NCBI RefSeq assembly: GCF_902459465.1
Contig: NC_047076.1
Location: 1,240,001-1,304,000 of the forward strand
DNA from: Asterias rubens
Lineage: Eukaryota
DNA: 64,000 bases
Direction: 5' to 3'
The position numbers and the translations under genes are program-made. The notes beneath the pieces were generated by a model. It did not search any database, was not told the origin of the DNA, and was given only the letters and a program-made list of their open reading frames with translations. Positions 40,201 through 54,459 of this stretch are shown here, in pieces. The stretch's first letter is position 1. Each line of letters begins with the position of its first letter.

Positions 40201-42244
40201 AGTTTCGTTGGTATTTGAAAGTTTGGGTTTGTTAATGTACAACTTAACAGGATGAAACGAAGGGCGTGTGATGGGAACAACAGGATTGAAATGTTTCAAC
40301 ATACGGTACACGCGACAGTATGGGATTACGGGAGTGCCCTTTTGGGAGTTTTTTACACAAAATGAACAATGAACCACAACAGGGAATTTTACACCCAACC
40401 AAGACCCCACAAGGGAATTGTTGTAGAAAAGGGAATAATGGAACCACAACAGCAGGACCCACAAACCAGATCCGTAAGCGTTTTTATGGAATATATTATA
40501 GCGCACAATCATGTCCACCAATAAGGTATATTCATGCTTAATGTGTTTATACGCCAGAAACTTTAAAGACAGAACGGTTTATGCATCACCTTAAAAGTGT
40601 TGACAAGGAAAACTGCATTGGTGTTTATCCCTTCGCCGTGTCCGACACTCATTGTTTTATCACATTCATCTTGAAGTGACAAAGAAGGCTCAATCAAGTT
40701 GTATGGTCAATCAGTCCTTCCTTAATTCCCCGTCTTGTGTTGTCATGTTTTGTTGTGTCTTAATTACTATCGTTTCTCACCCAGTTGTTGCATCTTGTCT
40801 TGGGCACCTGCTCTCTCCCTAAGATACCCTCTAAAGACCTTCCGACAGACACCCTGAGGAAAGTGACGTTAACTACCCCTGACTTTATTGCGCCAACAGC
40901 CGTGGATGAAAGATGGTCTTCGGACTTACTGGAGGAAAGGAGATGGCTGGGGCTTCCTTTAAAGGAGAGGGACAGACCCCTTGGGTGTCATCCCTGAGGG
41001 GTAAATATTGCTCTGAAACTCTTAAGAGCGTGAAATTGGGGAAACTAAACCAGCGGATGTTATTCTCACTTAGGTCCGATTCATAATTGTTTTCGTATGA
41101 TTTGGACAAAGTGTACAATGAAACTACGATCGGGTTAATTGTTCTTTACTTGGGCATGATTCATTGTACCAGCAACCACTTGGGATCTTTAAAAAAAAAA
41201 TGCATCTGTTTTTAAGAAAGGATCCCAAAAAATTGAGTTTTACTTTGATGATAAACACATTTAAGTGTTTTATGTAATAGTATATAAATGTATACTTTTT
41301 ATGAGCTAGGTCTGGGAGTTGAGGGTACATCTTTTTGATGACAGGTTTTTGTTTTATTTTTGCCCTTCCCTGGTAGGCCTGTGCTTGTTTTATTGTTAGT
41401 CCGAATAATAGATATAAAAAAACATAAGTGGAGAAGTCTTCCGAAAAAGAAAACAAAATCTACTTGGCGGTAGTAGAATATGCCTATAATTACACCATGC
41501 AGAGTTCAATTAATACTTTACAGGCCTATAATTATGTAGCAAGACAAGTTATTTAAAGAAGTTCAAGATCTACCTAGCAAGTAGAGATGTTGTTATACAG
41601 CATACCAAACATACATTGATACCTCACCATGCAATGCCTCAAATCCCACATTGAAAATGCCTAGCTCTACTATCTTATGTCAATTTCTGTACACGTCAAA
41701 CCTAAGAGTAAGGACAGAAAAACCCATTCATGTGCAGGGAAACGGTAAAAAAAAAAAAAGTTTTTTTTACTTTTATTTTGATGGCAAACACATTGAAAAT
41801 GTCTAGATCTTACTATTTTGTGTCCATTTTTGTACGTCAAACCCATTCCTACAGCGAAAAGATTATTATTAAAAACAGAGTGTACTGTGGTCAAAATAAT
41901 CTAAATTTTACTCAGGCCCCTATTCGTAATAGGTCAAGCAACCACAATCAGTGCCCGAATCTTAACCACATCACTCCACAATTATTAGAAACTAAAAATC
42001 CTGGGACATTTCATGGTCTGTCGGGCAATTGCAGTAATTTCCAGAGGGGTCTCCATGGGTATGCTGGGGGCAACACACAAATTTGATATGACCTCTTGAT
42101 TGAGGCCATTGAGTTTTAAGTAGCCCGGATGTACCTCTGGCTGTTTGGGGTTCGTGATGAGAGAGGTGCCGTGGTGGTGGCTGCAAGGATTTGACGAAAA
42201 GGGGATTATATCCAATACGAAGCAGGGGGTGGTATATAGGGAGG

Positions 42245-42445
42245 AGTGGCAGGTAAGGCGTGACAGGGAAGGGGTAGCAGGGAAGGGTAGCAGAGAGGGG
42301 GTTGCAGGGGCAACAGGGAGGTGGTGGCAGGGAAGGGGTTGCAGGGAAGGGTAGCAGAGAGGGGGTTGCAGGGGCAACAGGGAGGTGGTGGCAGGGAAGG
42401 GGTTGCAGGGAAGGGTAGCAGAGAGGGGGTTGCAGGGGCTGTGAG
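42245..42445. repeat. G-rich tandem repeat, 64-bp period, about 2.5 copies
   Basis: GCAGGGAAGGGTAGCAGAGAGGGGGTTGCAGGGG... recurs at 42277, 42341 and 42405. Confidence 0.85.
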
Positions 42446-45400
42446 ATGAGAAGGGGCACAAGTGGTGCACTAAGCGGGAGTTTAGAGGGGCATTTGTGGG
42501 TCACAAGTATTTCCTGTGGGGAACAATTTTCGGCATGAATCTAAATTTAAGAACTTTCTCCTCGATCTTGCGACTGACCTACATTCATACCATAAGTCAA
42601 CTTAAAGCAACTTTAGGTAGGGACAGTAAATTCATTTGTGTGATGTTTATGCATTTAGAATTTCTTTTCAGCTCACTTTATTATACAGATATACGTGATG
42701 TTCAAATTACAAGCTTACAATTTGCTGAACTGAACGCGCATAGTTATTCTAACATGCACGACTCGAAAAAAAAAATCGAATATTTTCAATGACCGTTTTC
42801 CTTGTGACTTGCTTCAGGTTAATTTTGTTGATTTTATCTCGCCCATAAAATAGATTTTGATCAAAACGTAGCGACTGAATTTGACCCCCTGTACGATTTT
42901 TGAAGCCCCACCCAGCCAACAACAAAATTCTGCACGGTCACTGGCAATAGCGTTATCTCTAACTTGAAGTCGGAAGACATTAAATTTCTAGCAGACGCAT
43001 CGAGGAAATATCAAAGACAGGAGCAATGTCAAGTACTTCCACCATGTGCAAGACGCGTGTCTGAGTAAACTTAAAGGAATGGGGTCGATTTTACATAGCA
43101 CTAAGATTCATCGTATGATGAGTTGTCAGTATCGACATATTGCTTTGTATTGTGACATCACACTTATAACTAAGCAACTATACGATTGATTTACAGTTAA
43201 GATCGTAGGTCTTTGTGAAACAGGCCCCTGGGACACATTTGGTAATTGTCAAAGACCAGTCTTATCACGTGGTGTATCCCAACATGTATAAAATAACAAA
43301 CCTGTGGAAACTTGCGCTCATTTGGTAATCGAAGTGGCAAGACAATAATGAAAGAAAGAACATTTTTGTTGTACAATATTTGTGTGCTTTCAGATGCCTA
43401 ATATAAGGCTTCAGGTCTAAATTCATAATATTCTTTCAGTGAGAAACTACTTCTTTCTCGAAAAATACGTCACTTCAGAGGGAGCCGTTTCGCACAATGT
43501 TTTATACTATCAACAGCTCTCCATTGCTCGTTACCAAGATGGCTTTTCCATGCCAATAATTATTTTGAGTAATGGCCAATCGTGTCCAGTGCCTTTAAAT
43601 GTATATTTTATCCACTCTACCGATCTATACTTTGAGATGAGAGTACGTGGTTGATGGATGTGTGATTGATCGTTCGCTCCCTCCGGAAGCGACCACGTGG
43701 GTTGTACACGTGTAGCAATGTTTGAAGCTTTTAAAATTGGCGCACACTCAGCAAACGTTGGTATTCGTTGTACTAACCTATGTGAATATCAAACTAAAGA
43801 CACTGGACACAAGTCTTCTCACTTGGTGTATCTCAACATATGCATAAAATAACACACCTGTGAATATTTGAGCTCAATAAATTGGTCGTCGAAGTTGCGA
43901 GAGAATAATGGAAGAATAAAAGGCACTTGTTGCACAAGTTGTGTGCTTTAAGAGGCTTATACTATCAACAGCTTTTAGGTTTTATGCTAACATATATTTT
44001 GAGTAATTACCAAAAATGTACAGTTCCTTTAAACTATCTAAGTATGTGAGAGTTAATGACACAACAGTGTTGGTAGAGTTCATGAGACAAAATTGCACCC
44101 CAAATAGACCATAGGAAAATCCTTTTCTTACGGAAAGCAAATTATGTAAATATAAAACCTTGCTAGAAATCACCATTCTGTTGACATAAATATATTTAGC
44201 ACTAGCAAACCGCAATTTATGATTCATCATCTTCATATGGTATTTACCAAGATGTTATTATTTTCCTTTAAGGTCACGACACAAGAAGGTGGGCTCGTAA
44301 CGTGTCCTGACTGGATATGACAAAGCTACGCACGTTGCATCAGTACATGTCCCTATGGGCCGGATAACCACCAGAAGAAATGTATTTATATCCCAAGTCC
44401 GTCCTGAAATAAACGCCGTGTGCCAGTTTTTACTGTGCCGAAGACAGGAGGGGGCAAACAAACAATTACGTTCAAACTCGAACCATGTTTCTGGTCTGAA
44501 TCTACACTAAGTATATTTTGTTATAACACCGACACCTTTTTAGGTCCATCGGGTTTCCCTTTGCGGAACCAACGCCCAAAATAACGCAACTAATTGTTAT
44601 CTGAATGAAAGTTTATTTGTTAACATAAAAACTCATTTATGGTAACGAGAGCTGTTGATAGAATAACACATTGTAAGAAACGGCTCCCACTGAAGTAACG
44701 TAGTTTTTGAAAAAGAGGTAATTTCTCACTCAAATAATAAAAGACTACAGCTGAACCCTTTTAATATGCATCTGAAAGCACACAAAGTAATGCAACAAGG
44801 TTTTTTTTTCTTCTTTTATTATTCTCTTGCAAATTCAATGACCAATTGAGCCCAAATGTTTCAAAGATTTGTTATTTTGATGCATACTGTTGGGATGCAC
44901 CCAGTGAGAATACTGGTACCTTTGACAATTACCAAAGGTGTAAAGTGCCTTTAATAAACTTGTGTCTCACTACATGTATAGAAAACTTTTCTGTATGGTC
45001 TCACCAAAAACACTCTTCAGTTACGTGTTGCTCAGACCTCACACAGCATTCAAGACGGCCACGAACACAAACCAAAATTTCACGAAATACAGGTTCAATT
45101 TCACCGTTTAATTGAGGTGCCTGACTATTCTCCCGCCAAGTATAAGAAGACATATATTGAAAGGACAAGACACTAGCTCTGAACTTTTGACTCTGACAGT
45201 GAATTTGTTTGGGTGGGACTCATGTCCTTTGGACCACTTGGCCAAAAAAGGTCGTGTCTTCCTTCATCGTGCACCCCTCTCACCCCTAATGAGTATCCTG
45301 GTCATGGTCATGGGCTTCCCTTCCCCTTGCCGGACCATATCTAAACGAAACACGTGGTGCTATCTTCGTCGATGCCACCTTCCCGCCTCACCAATTCCAC

Positions 45401-48400
45401 CTGTTTTCTTAAACCATTTTGTGAGCTTTAACGGTTCACCGCTGTCTCTAAGTATCATACTCACATTATCTGTGATGCCATCCAACATATCATATGCCAA
45501 TACACAAGTATGTAATATCCTCCACGGATGCAGGCTTTTAACCTATTTACGCCACTGAGGAAGAAATGGAATGTGTGTAAGAACGCTTTGAAAACGTCTG
45601 GGTATCAGACACTGACTAGTCAAGCAACGGCCTCGCAATGTCCTTTATGTAATGGGTACAATGGATGGGTCGGAAATTAGTCGGAATTGTTTTAGTTATG
45701 TTGCCGTTTGTGTAGTGAACTTATTCCCCAGGCTAATAATATCAAAGCCTGGAACGTCTTGCTATGACCAGGCCTGATACTCCACGGGGGCAACGGATTC
45801 AAGAACATCCGTTGACCCTGGTAATTATTGCCCGGTTGCCCCGTTAAAATGTTCAAACAGAAATTTACAATTTCCTAACAGAGGTTCCCTTTACCAAAGA
45901 GAAAACGCCTCGGTGTCCTTGCTCTTAAGTTAGACTTGACTCAAGTCCAAATCCCGTGCCATCGCCAGAAAACTATTGTTTAGTGATGCTCTGCATGCAT
46001 CCCCAACCTGTTCCACATTCTCGGGACCACATTTTGACGGCAAGCGCCGCAAATGCTTAGGACATCTCACACGAGAACGGGACTTGAATCAAGTCTACCT
46101 TGCTCTTTAAGAACGAGGCCTGTTTTGACCTTGTTTACCTTGATGACCAAATTCTACGACCGTATATAGAGCAGTCCCATTTGAGGTCATGCGCATGCTT
46201 ACCAGATCACTTTCACAATTGCTCTGGTGGAAGAGTTATTGGCATGTATGGGACACCTTACATTTTGTCTGGCATCCCGATCCACACAGACTTCGTTTTG
46301 TACCATAGAGCTACGGTTGTAGCTGTTGATACCTTAGTCGGTGCGTAAAGTTTCTTGTACTGTTTCTCTTTAAAAATAATTATTGATTAAAAAAGGTGAA
46401 TTCTACATTCCGCAAGTTTGGCTTCATTGTTTGGATGTGAATCTTCCAAGCTAATGTGTTTACAGGGACACTGTACTTTTGTTGAGGTTGAGGTCCTCCC
46501 ATGAAGAATAACACATCCAAACCGAATATCATTATGATTGGGTATTCGAAAACTTACTATTAAGCAGCATCGATTCTTTGAGACTTGACAGTTTGTTAGT
46601 TTAGATGATTTTCACATCAAGGGAACTCAGCAAACTCCCACAAGGGATATATAAACACCAAGCTGACAACAGCCAATCTCTCTCATACAAACATTGGTTT
46701 AACGTCTATGATTATGAATATTGCACAAATCAAGAAATTTCATATGAAGAATCGATTCTAATTTGATTTGAGAAGCAAAGGTGGCTGTCGCTACAATCGA
46801 AATCGTGACTGACTCCATCCGGGGATTGGGGTGAGGGGATATCATGATCCACGGAAAGAGACTTATTTACATGGCCGTGGTTGACTGACAAACCTACAGG
46901 TACTTGATGATGAGTCAACAAGTCATGAAGAAAGAGGTGGACTTCCAGGTCCGGACCTCCGACAAAATGTAGCAATGCTGGACAATATTAAACAAGGGAA
47001 CCTGGGGTCGATTTCACAAGAATAGTCCTAACTTAGGACTTTTCTTAGAACTCTTTAGAAGGTATTAAAAACTGAAGGCTAGTCCTAAGTTAGGACGAGT
47101 TACTCGTCCTATAAGATTAGTCTTAACTTTTTGTGACATCTACCACTGGACACTTTAGACATTTTTTTGTCTGTTCACTTGAGGTCGATTTTGTAAAATT
47201 TCACAACCTTGCTACAATTTAGCAAGGGACCGGTGCTAAATTACTCTCTTGTGAAAGGGGCTCAAGTGTCCGGAGCAGCAGCTCTAAACAAAGTGGACGA
47301 TATACGAGGAAAAAAAGCGGGTTGAGGAAGTATGGATGGAGGATGGAAGATGTCCGAAGGATTGGGTTGTTACTGTAAACTAGGTGAGGATCAGAGGACG
47401 GTTAAGGAAGGTGACGGTGATAGAAGTTTGCTTTAGGATAGGGACTGATTGAAGTGAGAAAGAGTCGCTCGACAGTGAGCTATAGTTAACAATAAAACAT
47501 TCTTATTCTCAGCATTGGGTCCCTGGATTGGATTTTTCTTACAATCGTTTTTCTTAGAAAAAAACACTTTCCCGCCAAATTGCAGCTGTTTTCAAACAGC
47601 CATGTGGTCGATTAAGGGATGCGAGCTTGTTACATGAGTAGGGCGAGCTTCATTCACTCAATTTCCAAAACTTCCCCTAATCTCAAATGAAATATTGACG
47701 CCCGAAGATCGCTAGAAAGTCGAATAACTTCCTGTGACGTCAAAATAAGGTTTACCAATGCCACAATGCTAAGCTGAGCATGCTGTGTGGAAAGTTGAAG
47801 ATAAGGTTTTGGTTTTAGGTCTTATAATGAAAAGCGTATACGTAGCAGTTTTGCCAACAGGGCTGATGCTGTACCTTATCTTGGTTCAAGAGAGTAAACA
47901 AAGAAGTAGCAGTAGCTCAGGCTGTCCTTACCAGTGTTGTGCCTAACCATTGATTGAAAAAGAAGACACATGCGACCAATGTTGTATCTTGTCTCAAACA
48001 GACACTAGGACGAGAAATAGGTTGGCCAGTGCTGTACCTTATATTGATGCAAAGAGAGTAAGCATACAAGTAGCAGCAGCATAGCCAGTTATTACAATTT
48101 TGTACCTAACCATTGATTTAAGGAGAACACAAGTGTTATATAAACTCTTGTCTCAAAGAGAAACTACTAAGGGGAGTAAGTTTTAGCTTATGTTGTACCT
48201 TAAACTCGGTCTGGGCGGGAGGGCACATCTTTTTTTATGACAGTTTTTTTTATACTTTTGCCCTTACCTCGACGGCCTGTGCTTGTTTTATTGTTTAGAA
48301 TTAAAATAAATAAATCAAATGAAATAAATTGATGCAAAGCGAGTAAGAACATGCGTACCAGCAGCTTATAGCCAGTGTCACTTATTCTGTAAATTAATGA

Positions 48401-51400
48401 AATAATATTTATGCGCCAGAATTGCATGTCAAGATTTTGTAATAAAAGGACTTAATATAAATTAAATATACATCGTGACTCCTTTTTTATTCTCAACAAT
48501 TTTACTTAAAGACAAACAAACTTCACAGAGCAGGTTCTTCAGTAGTCTGGTTTCCGGAAATCAAATCAAGAACTTGACTCATATTTCTATAATCCAATTA
48601 CATCGAGTCGCTTCTACAGCAGGCGTAGTTATTATAGAGTACATCCCACTACGGTGTCTACCCAACGTCTCAAGAATCTCAATCTGCATGTAAGTTTCAC
48701 CTGTAGTTATCAGTCAAGACAAGCAAGATACCCCTTACGGTAGGGTGACTGAAACCAAATGTTTCTTGGCTGGACATTTTTCTTTAGTTTTGTGAGCACA
48801 ACTTGTGGCAATAACAGAATGAATAACTACCAGGAAACCGGAAGAACTGTTTAGGTTTGGATGTGGGAGGAAAACCCTTAGGTAAGACATAAACAATCAG
48901 GTAGAGAAAAAACCTAATCCATGTGCAAGGTTTCGGTCTGGGGTGGGATAAGAACCGGGGTCTACAGACAAAAGTAAAAGGCTTGGATACGTAGCCATCT
49001 TGATCCCCTTCAACCAACCTTCTCAAAGATAAGACATGTATGGTGGAAGAAATGTTTAGGTTTGAACGTGGGAGAAAAAAACCCTTGGGGAAAACATGAA
49101 CAATCAGGTATAGGGACTGAACACCCGCAATTCATATACACGACTTCGGTCTGGGGTGAGATTAGAGTTGGGGTGTACTCTACAGACAGAAGTGAAGGAC
49201 ATGTTTATGGTGGATTTATTTACCCGCTTCCTTCGTCTTGTCAACACCAGTTGTTATCTGTTTTCACACTATAGACGGCACTTGTGCGTCTAGTAGCTTA
49301 AAATTGACACCATGGGTGTTGGCCATAGACACAAACAAGATTTTCAATGTACATCATAAGTGTAAAGGTCATAGTACCAGTTTCTGCCAATTTTACACTG
49401 CTGTCATTTCAACAACCTTAGTAACCTATTAAAGGCTTACATCGTTCGCCATTTTTTTTCGAACAAAATGCCAGACAATTTGCAGTTCTAAAAACTTACG
49501 ATCTACTGCGACGGATCAATCATCGGTCCATTAAAATTCATCTCTTAAAATGAAGACTCTTCCTGAGACAGTGGTCAGATTACCAAGGAGTATAGGGGAT
49601 CTAGGCTCCCATGAGGAGGGAAGATTGACCCAAGATGATGAGAAAAGACTTAAATTGAGTTCCTTTCTTGGAGAAGACTTAAAATGAGTTCCTTCTCTAA
49701 AGCACTCCATGACAGAGTTAGATTATGTCTTAACATTGGTACCGACAACTAAGATGGGCCACAGTGGTCTGATGATGATCCCTTTCCAAATATAATTATC
49801 ATATGAGCAAAAAATCTGACTTGAACTTCCGAGGATTTAGCTCAGGGCAGAATGTCATAATCCCCACCAAGAAAAAAAGTTCTCAACTATCAAATCTGTG
49901 TCAGGGTTCAGAGTTGTGGGCTATCAATAATTTACATTGCAGCAACTACATTGCTTTGTAAAACAGTTAATGGCCCGACGTTTCGACAAAGGCTAAAGGC
50001 CTTACCTAGCCTTAATGAAAGACTCTGCTTGGGTCGAAACGTCAGGATATTTACTTCTGTTTGCATTTATACCATAGGTACTTTGGGTTGATAAGCAGTT
50101 TGCAACAGCTAACTCTATTTTCTACTATGCTTATAGTAAACAGGTTTGAGGTACTGCACGATGAGTTGTTTGAGGTAAAGACAAAAATAAGCCATCGCTC
50201 CATCATAAATTAATCTTTTTAATTTGTAATCATTGAGTACTTCCGAACTGTGTTTTTATCATTTGAAAAGAAAAATATTATAGTTAGCAGCTTGAAAACT
50301 TTACTACCTAACAGTGACAATGCAAAACCCATGGGATATTCATCTAAAACAACATCATTGGCGAAGGAAGGCCTTTTCAAACCGCCATGGGCGATATTTT
50401 GCCAGAGTTAAATCGCGTACGTTTCAGCCATAGGGGCTTGTTCCTTTACTCTTTAAATTAGTCAAAAGCAAAATGATTATTCAGTTTTGAAAATCAGACA
50501 TGTGGGGCCTCCGGGTTATTGGTGATATGATATTTTGGAGTGGTGAAAGGTGTTTTTCCTGAACTGTATAATGATGGATTAGTCTTGTGTCGTAACGTTA
50601 TATGACCAGTTAATATCATGTCTTTGAGCATAAATGTTGTCAACATGATATTCAAATAATCTTATGATTCACGAGGAAGAGTCTAAACCAAGTGTTATAT
50701 AAAACGGATTTGAAACTTTGTAATTGCATAGTGGAGGAGAGGTTTGCACGGTGCTGCGTATAGCAATAGGCCGTACTTACGTATTGAACGAAGACTATAC
50801 TGGAACGATTATGTCTTTATGTAAACCGTAACTCGGGGCAACTGGGGCACTCGATGCCAAGTTTGCAAAATAGGCAGGAAACTTACTTGTTGGGTTAATC
50901 TGGTTCAATTTTATTTGAACACCCGAAACATGCCAAGTTTTCTATTAAAATGCACTTGGGGGAATTACTCAGGTATTTGGATTACTTGTATAGTTTCCCG
51001 TGAGTAAACGTACAAGAACTTGAGTTTTATATGTTGAAGGGGGGAATGAGTTTATCACAACATGTACATGTTGTTACTAGCCAAAGTTGTTGTCTCCTTC
51101 CCTGGACATTCGGGTTGGCGTATACAAAGCCCTTTCACACGACAGCTATTTAGCAGGGGTCCCTTGCTTTATTCTACCGTGGTTGTGAAAGTTTACGAAT
51201 TGCACTTCGTGTGAAAGGACAGAAATGTTTAGACTGCCCAAAGTCCCACATGTGAAATCTTGTCAAATATTGCTACATTTTGTCAGAGTTCCGAAACTAA
51301 GACAAAATCTTCCGCCATAGTGAAAGTTTTGACTGCTGACGTAGGCCCTACGCGAAATCACTCTGTGTTGGAAACCTATAGTGATTTCTTCTCTGTTTCC

Positions 51401-52570
51401 ACCTCTAAACCCTGGTTCGAATCCCGACTGGATCCTTGCATGTGGATTGGATTTGCAGTCCCTATAATACTTTACTGTTTGGCTTTCACCTATTTGGGGT
51501 TTACGTCCCACCATATTGAACTGACATTTCCTCATCATCTTCTTTCAAACAAGCCTTCTTGTTACAGTGTCAGTTGTTCATTTTGAGGACCCTTGTTTTG
51601 TATTACCAGAATACCGGTAGTAATAATTTAAAAACAAGTTATAACAATTGGCTGATTGTGAAAACTGCCAAGATTGACGCCATAAAACCAACTGAGTGCC
51701 TCGATTTATTAGTCAGGTCCCCTTTTCATAATGCTGCATGTTTGGTACCTGGAGTAATCTACACACTGGTTTAATAGGGCCTTTTCCAAACACCGGCTTT
51801 GCAGCTCCGTCGTCACTTTTGGAGTATGTGCATTTGAACGGTGTTTCCAACATCAAACAGAGCCTTGAGCCAAAGACAGAGCCGAGGTTTGGAAAATGCC
51901 GATATAATTTACCGACTCGTTACACACAGTCCAAGCAACTCTTTCATATTAGCCAATGGCAATTGAAAAACTGCATAAACTCACGAAGTCACTTTAAACC
52001 AGTTTAACCTTATACAAAAAGTCATGGTTCGTGGTCACCTTAAGCCAGTTTAACGCACACACGGTCCTTGGCCTTAACCAGTTTAACCATGGAGGAAGGA
52101 AGGTTTAACCGCCCAGATCGTCTGCGGTTAAGCACCTTAAACAAGTCTCACCACACAGGGTCCGTGGTTGGTTAAACCATGGAGGGTTACACCAACTGTA
52201 CCCAAAAGAAGACCACAGTTTAAACTCACTGGCGTAACTATTCACGAACGAAATTTGGCTAGATAAGAACACTCAAAATCGTCTAAACTTACTCAACAGG
52301 ATAACAACATTTCAGAGGTGATGCAAACTTTTCTTCATCACTCTATTAATGGCCTGTAAAGAACGTCGATTTTGACGTTTGCAACAGGTATCTATTTAGA
52401 AGACCATCAAAATGGCGCCTCCTAAAACTCAACACATCCGGCGGTGAAATCAAAATAATGTCACTCCGCTTGAACGACTTAACTGTGGATCGGGAAACAA
52501 AAAAGGCTATTTCTTACTGGATTAACCTTTAACAGAAAATGAGACAAAATAAGAGATTTCTGAACAACCT

Positions 52571-53094
52571 TTAGTATAGGCCATCCTTCCTCACCTTCAC
52601 ATTTCCCCTGAGCCAGGTGACGCCCCTTTGGCTGACACAAAAGCATTCGAACAAACAGATGACGTAAAACGACAGATGCCAAAACAACCTATAGTTGACT
52701 CTTTGCTCGCTCAGCAAATCAATCACAACAGAACCAAGTCCATTCTTCACCTGATACAATTGCCTCCATGCCCCCTTGTTCATTGCCTTGGAGCCTTGAA
52801 ATGCCCCAGTATAAATATACAATGTCCTCATAGGGTGTCATTTACCAAAGAGAAAATGCCTCTTTGTGTCCTTACTCTTTCATAAACATAGCACGTACAA
52901 CAAGCCCGATCCTTTCTAGAGACACCGAAACCGCCCTCCAACCAAAACCGCATTCCAACGCACGAGAGCCCTTCAGTTTGCAAAATGTTTTCAACATCGA
53001 AGAGCTTTGAATTGTACTTTTTGAGTATCATAAAATTAACAGGTGACATAAAATGACAGATTTTAGAAAACAGCCTATACTGTGGCAGAAACAC
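52571..53094 (-). pseudogene. Possible second decayed AID/APOBEC-like remnant
   Basis: In-frame DVE (52998-52990) and ACCTC (52905-52891), each one base from HVE and PCCTC and 31 codons apart. After a frameshift: HPMRTLYIYTG...MNKGAWRQL...VVIDLLSEQRVNY, resembling APOBEC1 VTLFIYIARL...RNRQGLRDL...VTIQIMTEQESGY. Confidence 0.35.
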
Positions 53095-54459
53095 CGAGAC
53101 GAACCCTTCTCTTGGCGATAAGTGGACTTGGTTCTTTTTACGTGCATTTCACAGCGGACCAACAGCTTTACGTCCCATCCGAAGGACGAAGCAATGGTGG
53201 TTAAGTTTCTAACAACAAGACCGGGACTCGAACCCACACTCTGCTGATCAGAAACACCAGAGCTTGGGACCAAAGCCAAACCAACAAACAAAATGTCTTC
53301 ATCATCCTCACTACATCATTCTTTATAAAACAAAAAAACATCGTGTTAAAACCACAAGCCTCCCCGATACACAAACAGTTTCGAACCCACCATCCCAAAT
53401 GGTTCTTGAATATAATGTCTATAAATAGATTGGATGGCTTCACAACAAATGACCAAACAAAACAGGGTAAATCAATGACGTACATTTCGTATATATCACA
53501 ATGACCAAACGAAAGGGGTAAAACACCATTGACGTACATTTTGTATAAAATCCCCGATGTGCGGTTTTGCGGGCGAAGTCGCGTCCGTGACCGTCCATTA
53601 CGCCCGTCCTATGGGGGAAAGGAAATATAAATTTTATATTTTCCTTCCTCCATGGTCCTTTATTGCCCACCTCTGCAATTCATCCCCTATCGCGACGTCA
53701 CCACACAATGTTAAGTTATTTCCTAAACTAAATGCCATTGTCGCTTTGGTTAATGGAATGAAGATGCTACTATTGTATTCTAATATTGGGTGTTTGAAGA
53801 CACGCCCTATTGTCTTATTGACCCAGTTTACATATAATGAAAGACAATGGATAGCCATGATGTTTACGCGGTGGCTCTAGACACTACGTCACAAAACTAA
53901 CCCATGGTAATTACATTATCACGACCCGCAGATTGAGAGAATAAAAACAAAATCTTTTTGTTTTTGACAAAAAAGAAATGGTGTTGGACAACAGCTTTCT
54001 TGTTGTTCAGATGATCTTCCCGTCAATGGAACTCGGCAAACTCCCACAAGGGGGTATAAACACCAAGCTGGCAACACCAGTGTTTCTCATACTACAAATT
54101 TTGTTTCAACGTCTATGATTATGAGCACCACAAAATCAAGAAATTGTGATTCAGTAACTAGACGACAATGCTTATCTCGTCATTGTGAAATCAGCGGTTA
54201 ATTGAGGTTATTAGATTACAAACACCAATATAGCAAAACAAAAAGCTGTTTTCTCAGTCATGTAAAACTAAAAGGAGCACAAAAATAACTTATTGAAGTT
54301 CTTTCCGGTTGTTGTTTACTAAAACATAAAACGGTGTGACCTTTAAAACAAAGAGCTTCTTCCCAAAATGGAAATGTTTCTTTGGGGCTCCATTCAATGA
54401 CAGGTTACAATCACATTCCTTAGACACGCCTTTAGCAGCTCAAGCTCCCACATCCAGTT

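Noticed and set aside
41985-42504. Two Pro/Cys-rich 160-170 aa ORFs
   Set aside because: Largely the antisense of the G-rich repeat. A faint fucosyltransferase-like string (VVVAARI*RKGDY) on + was too weak to call.
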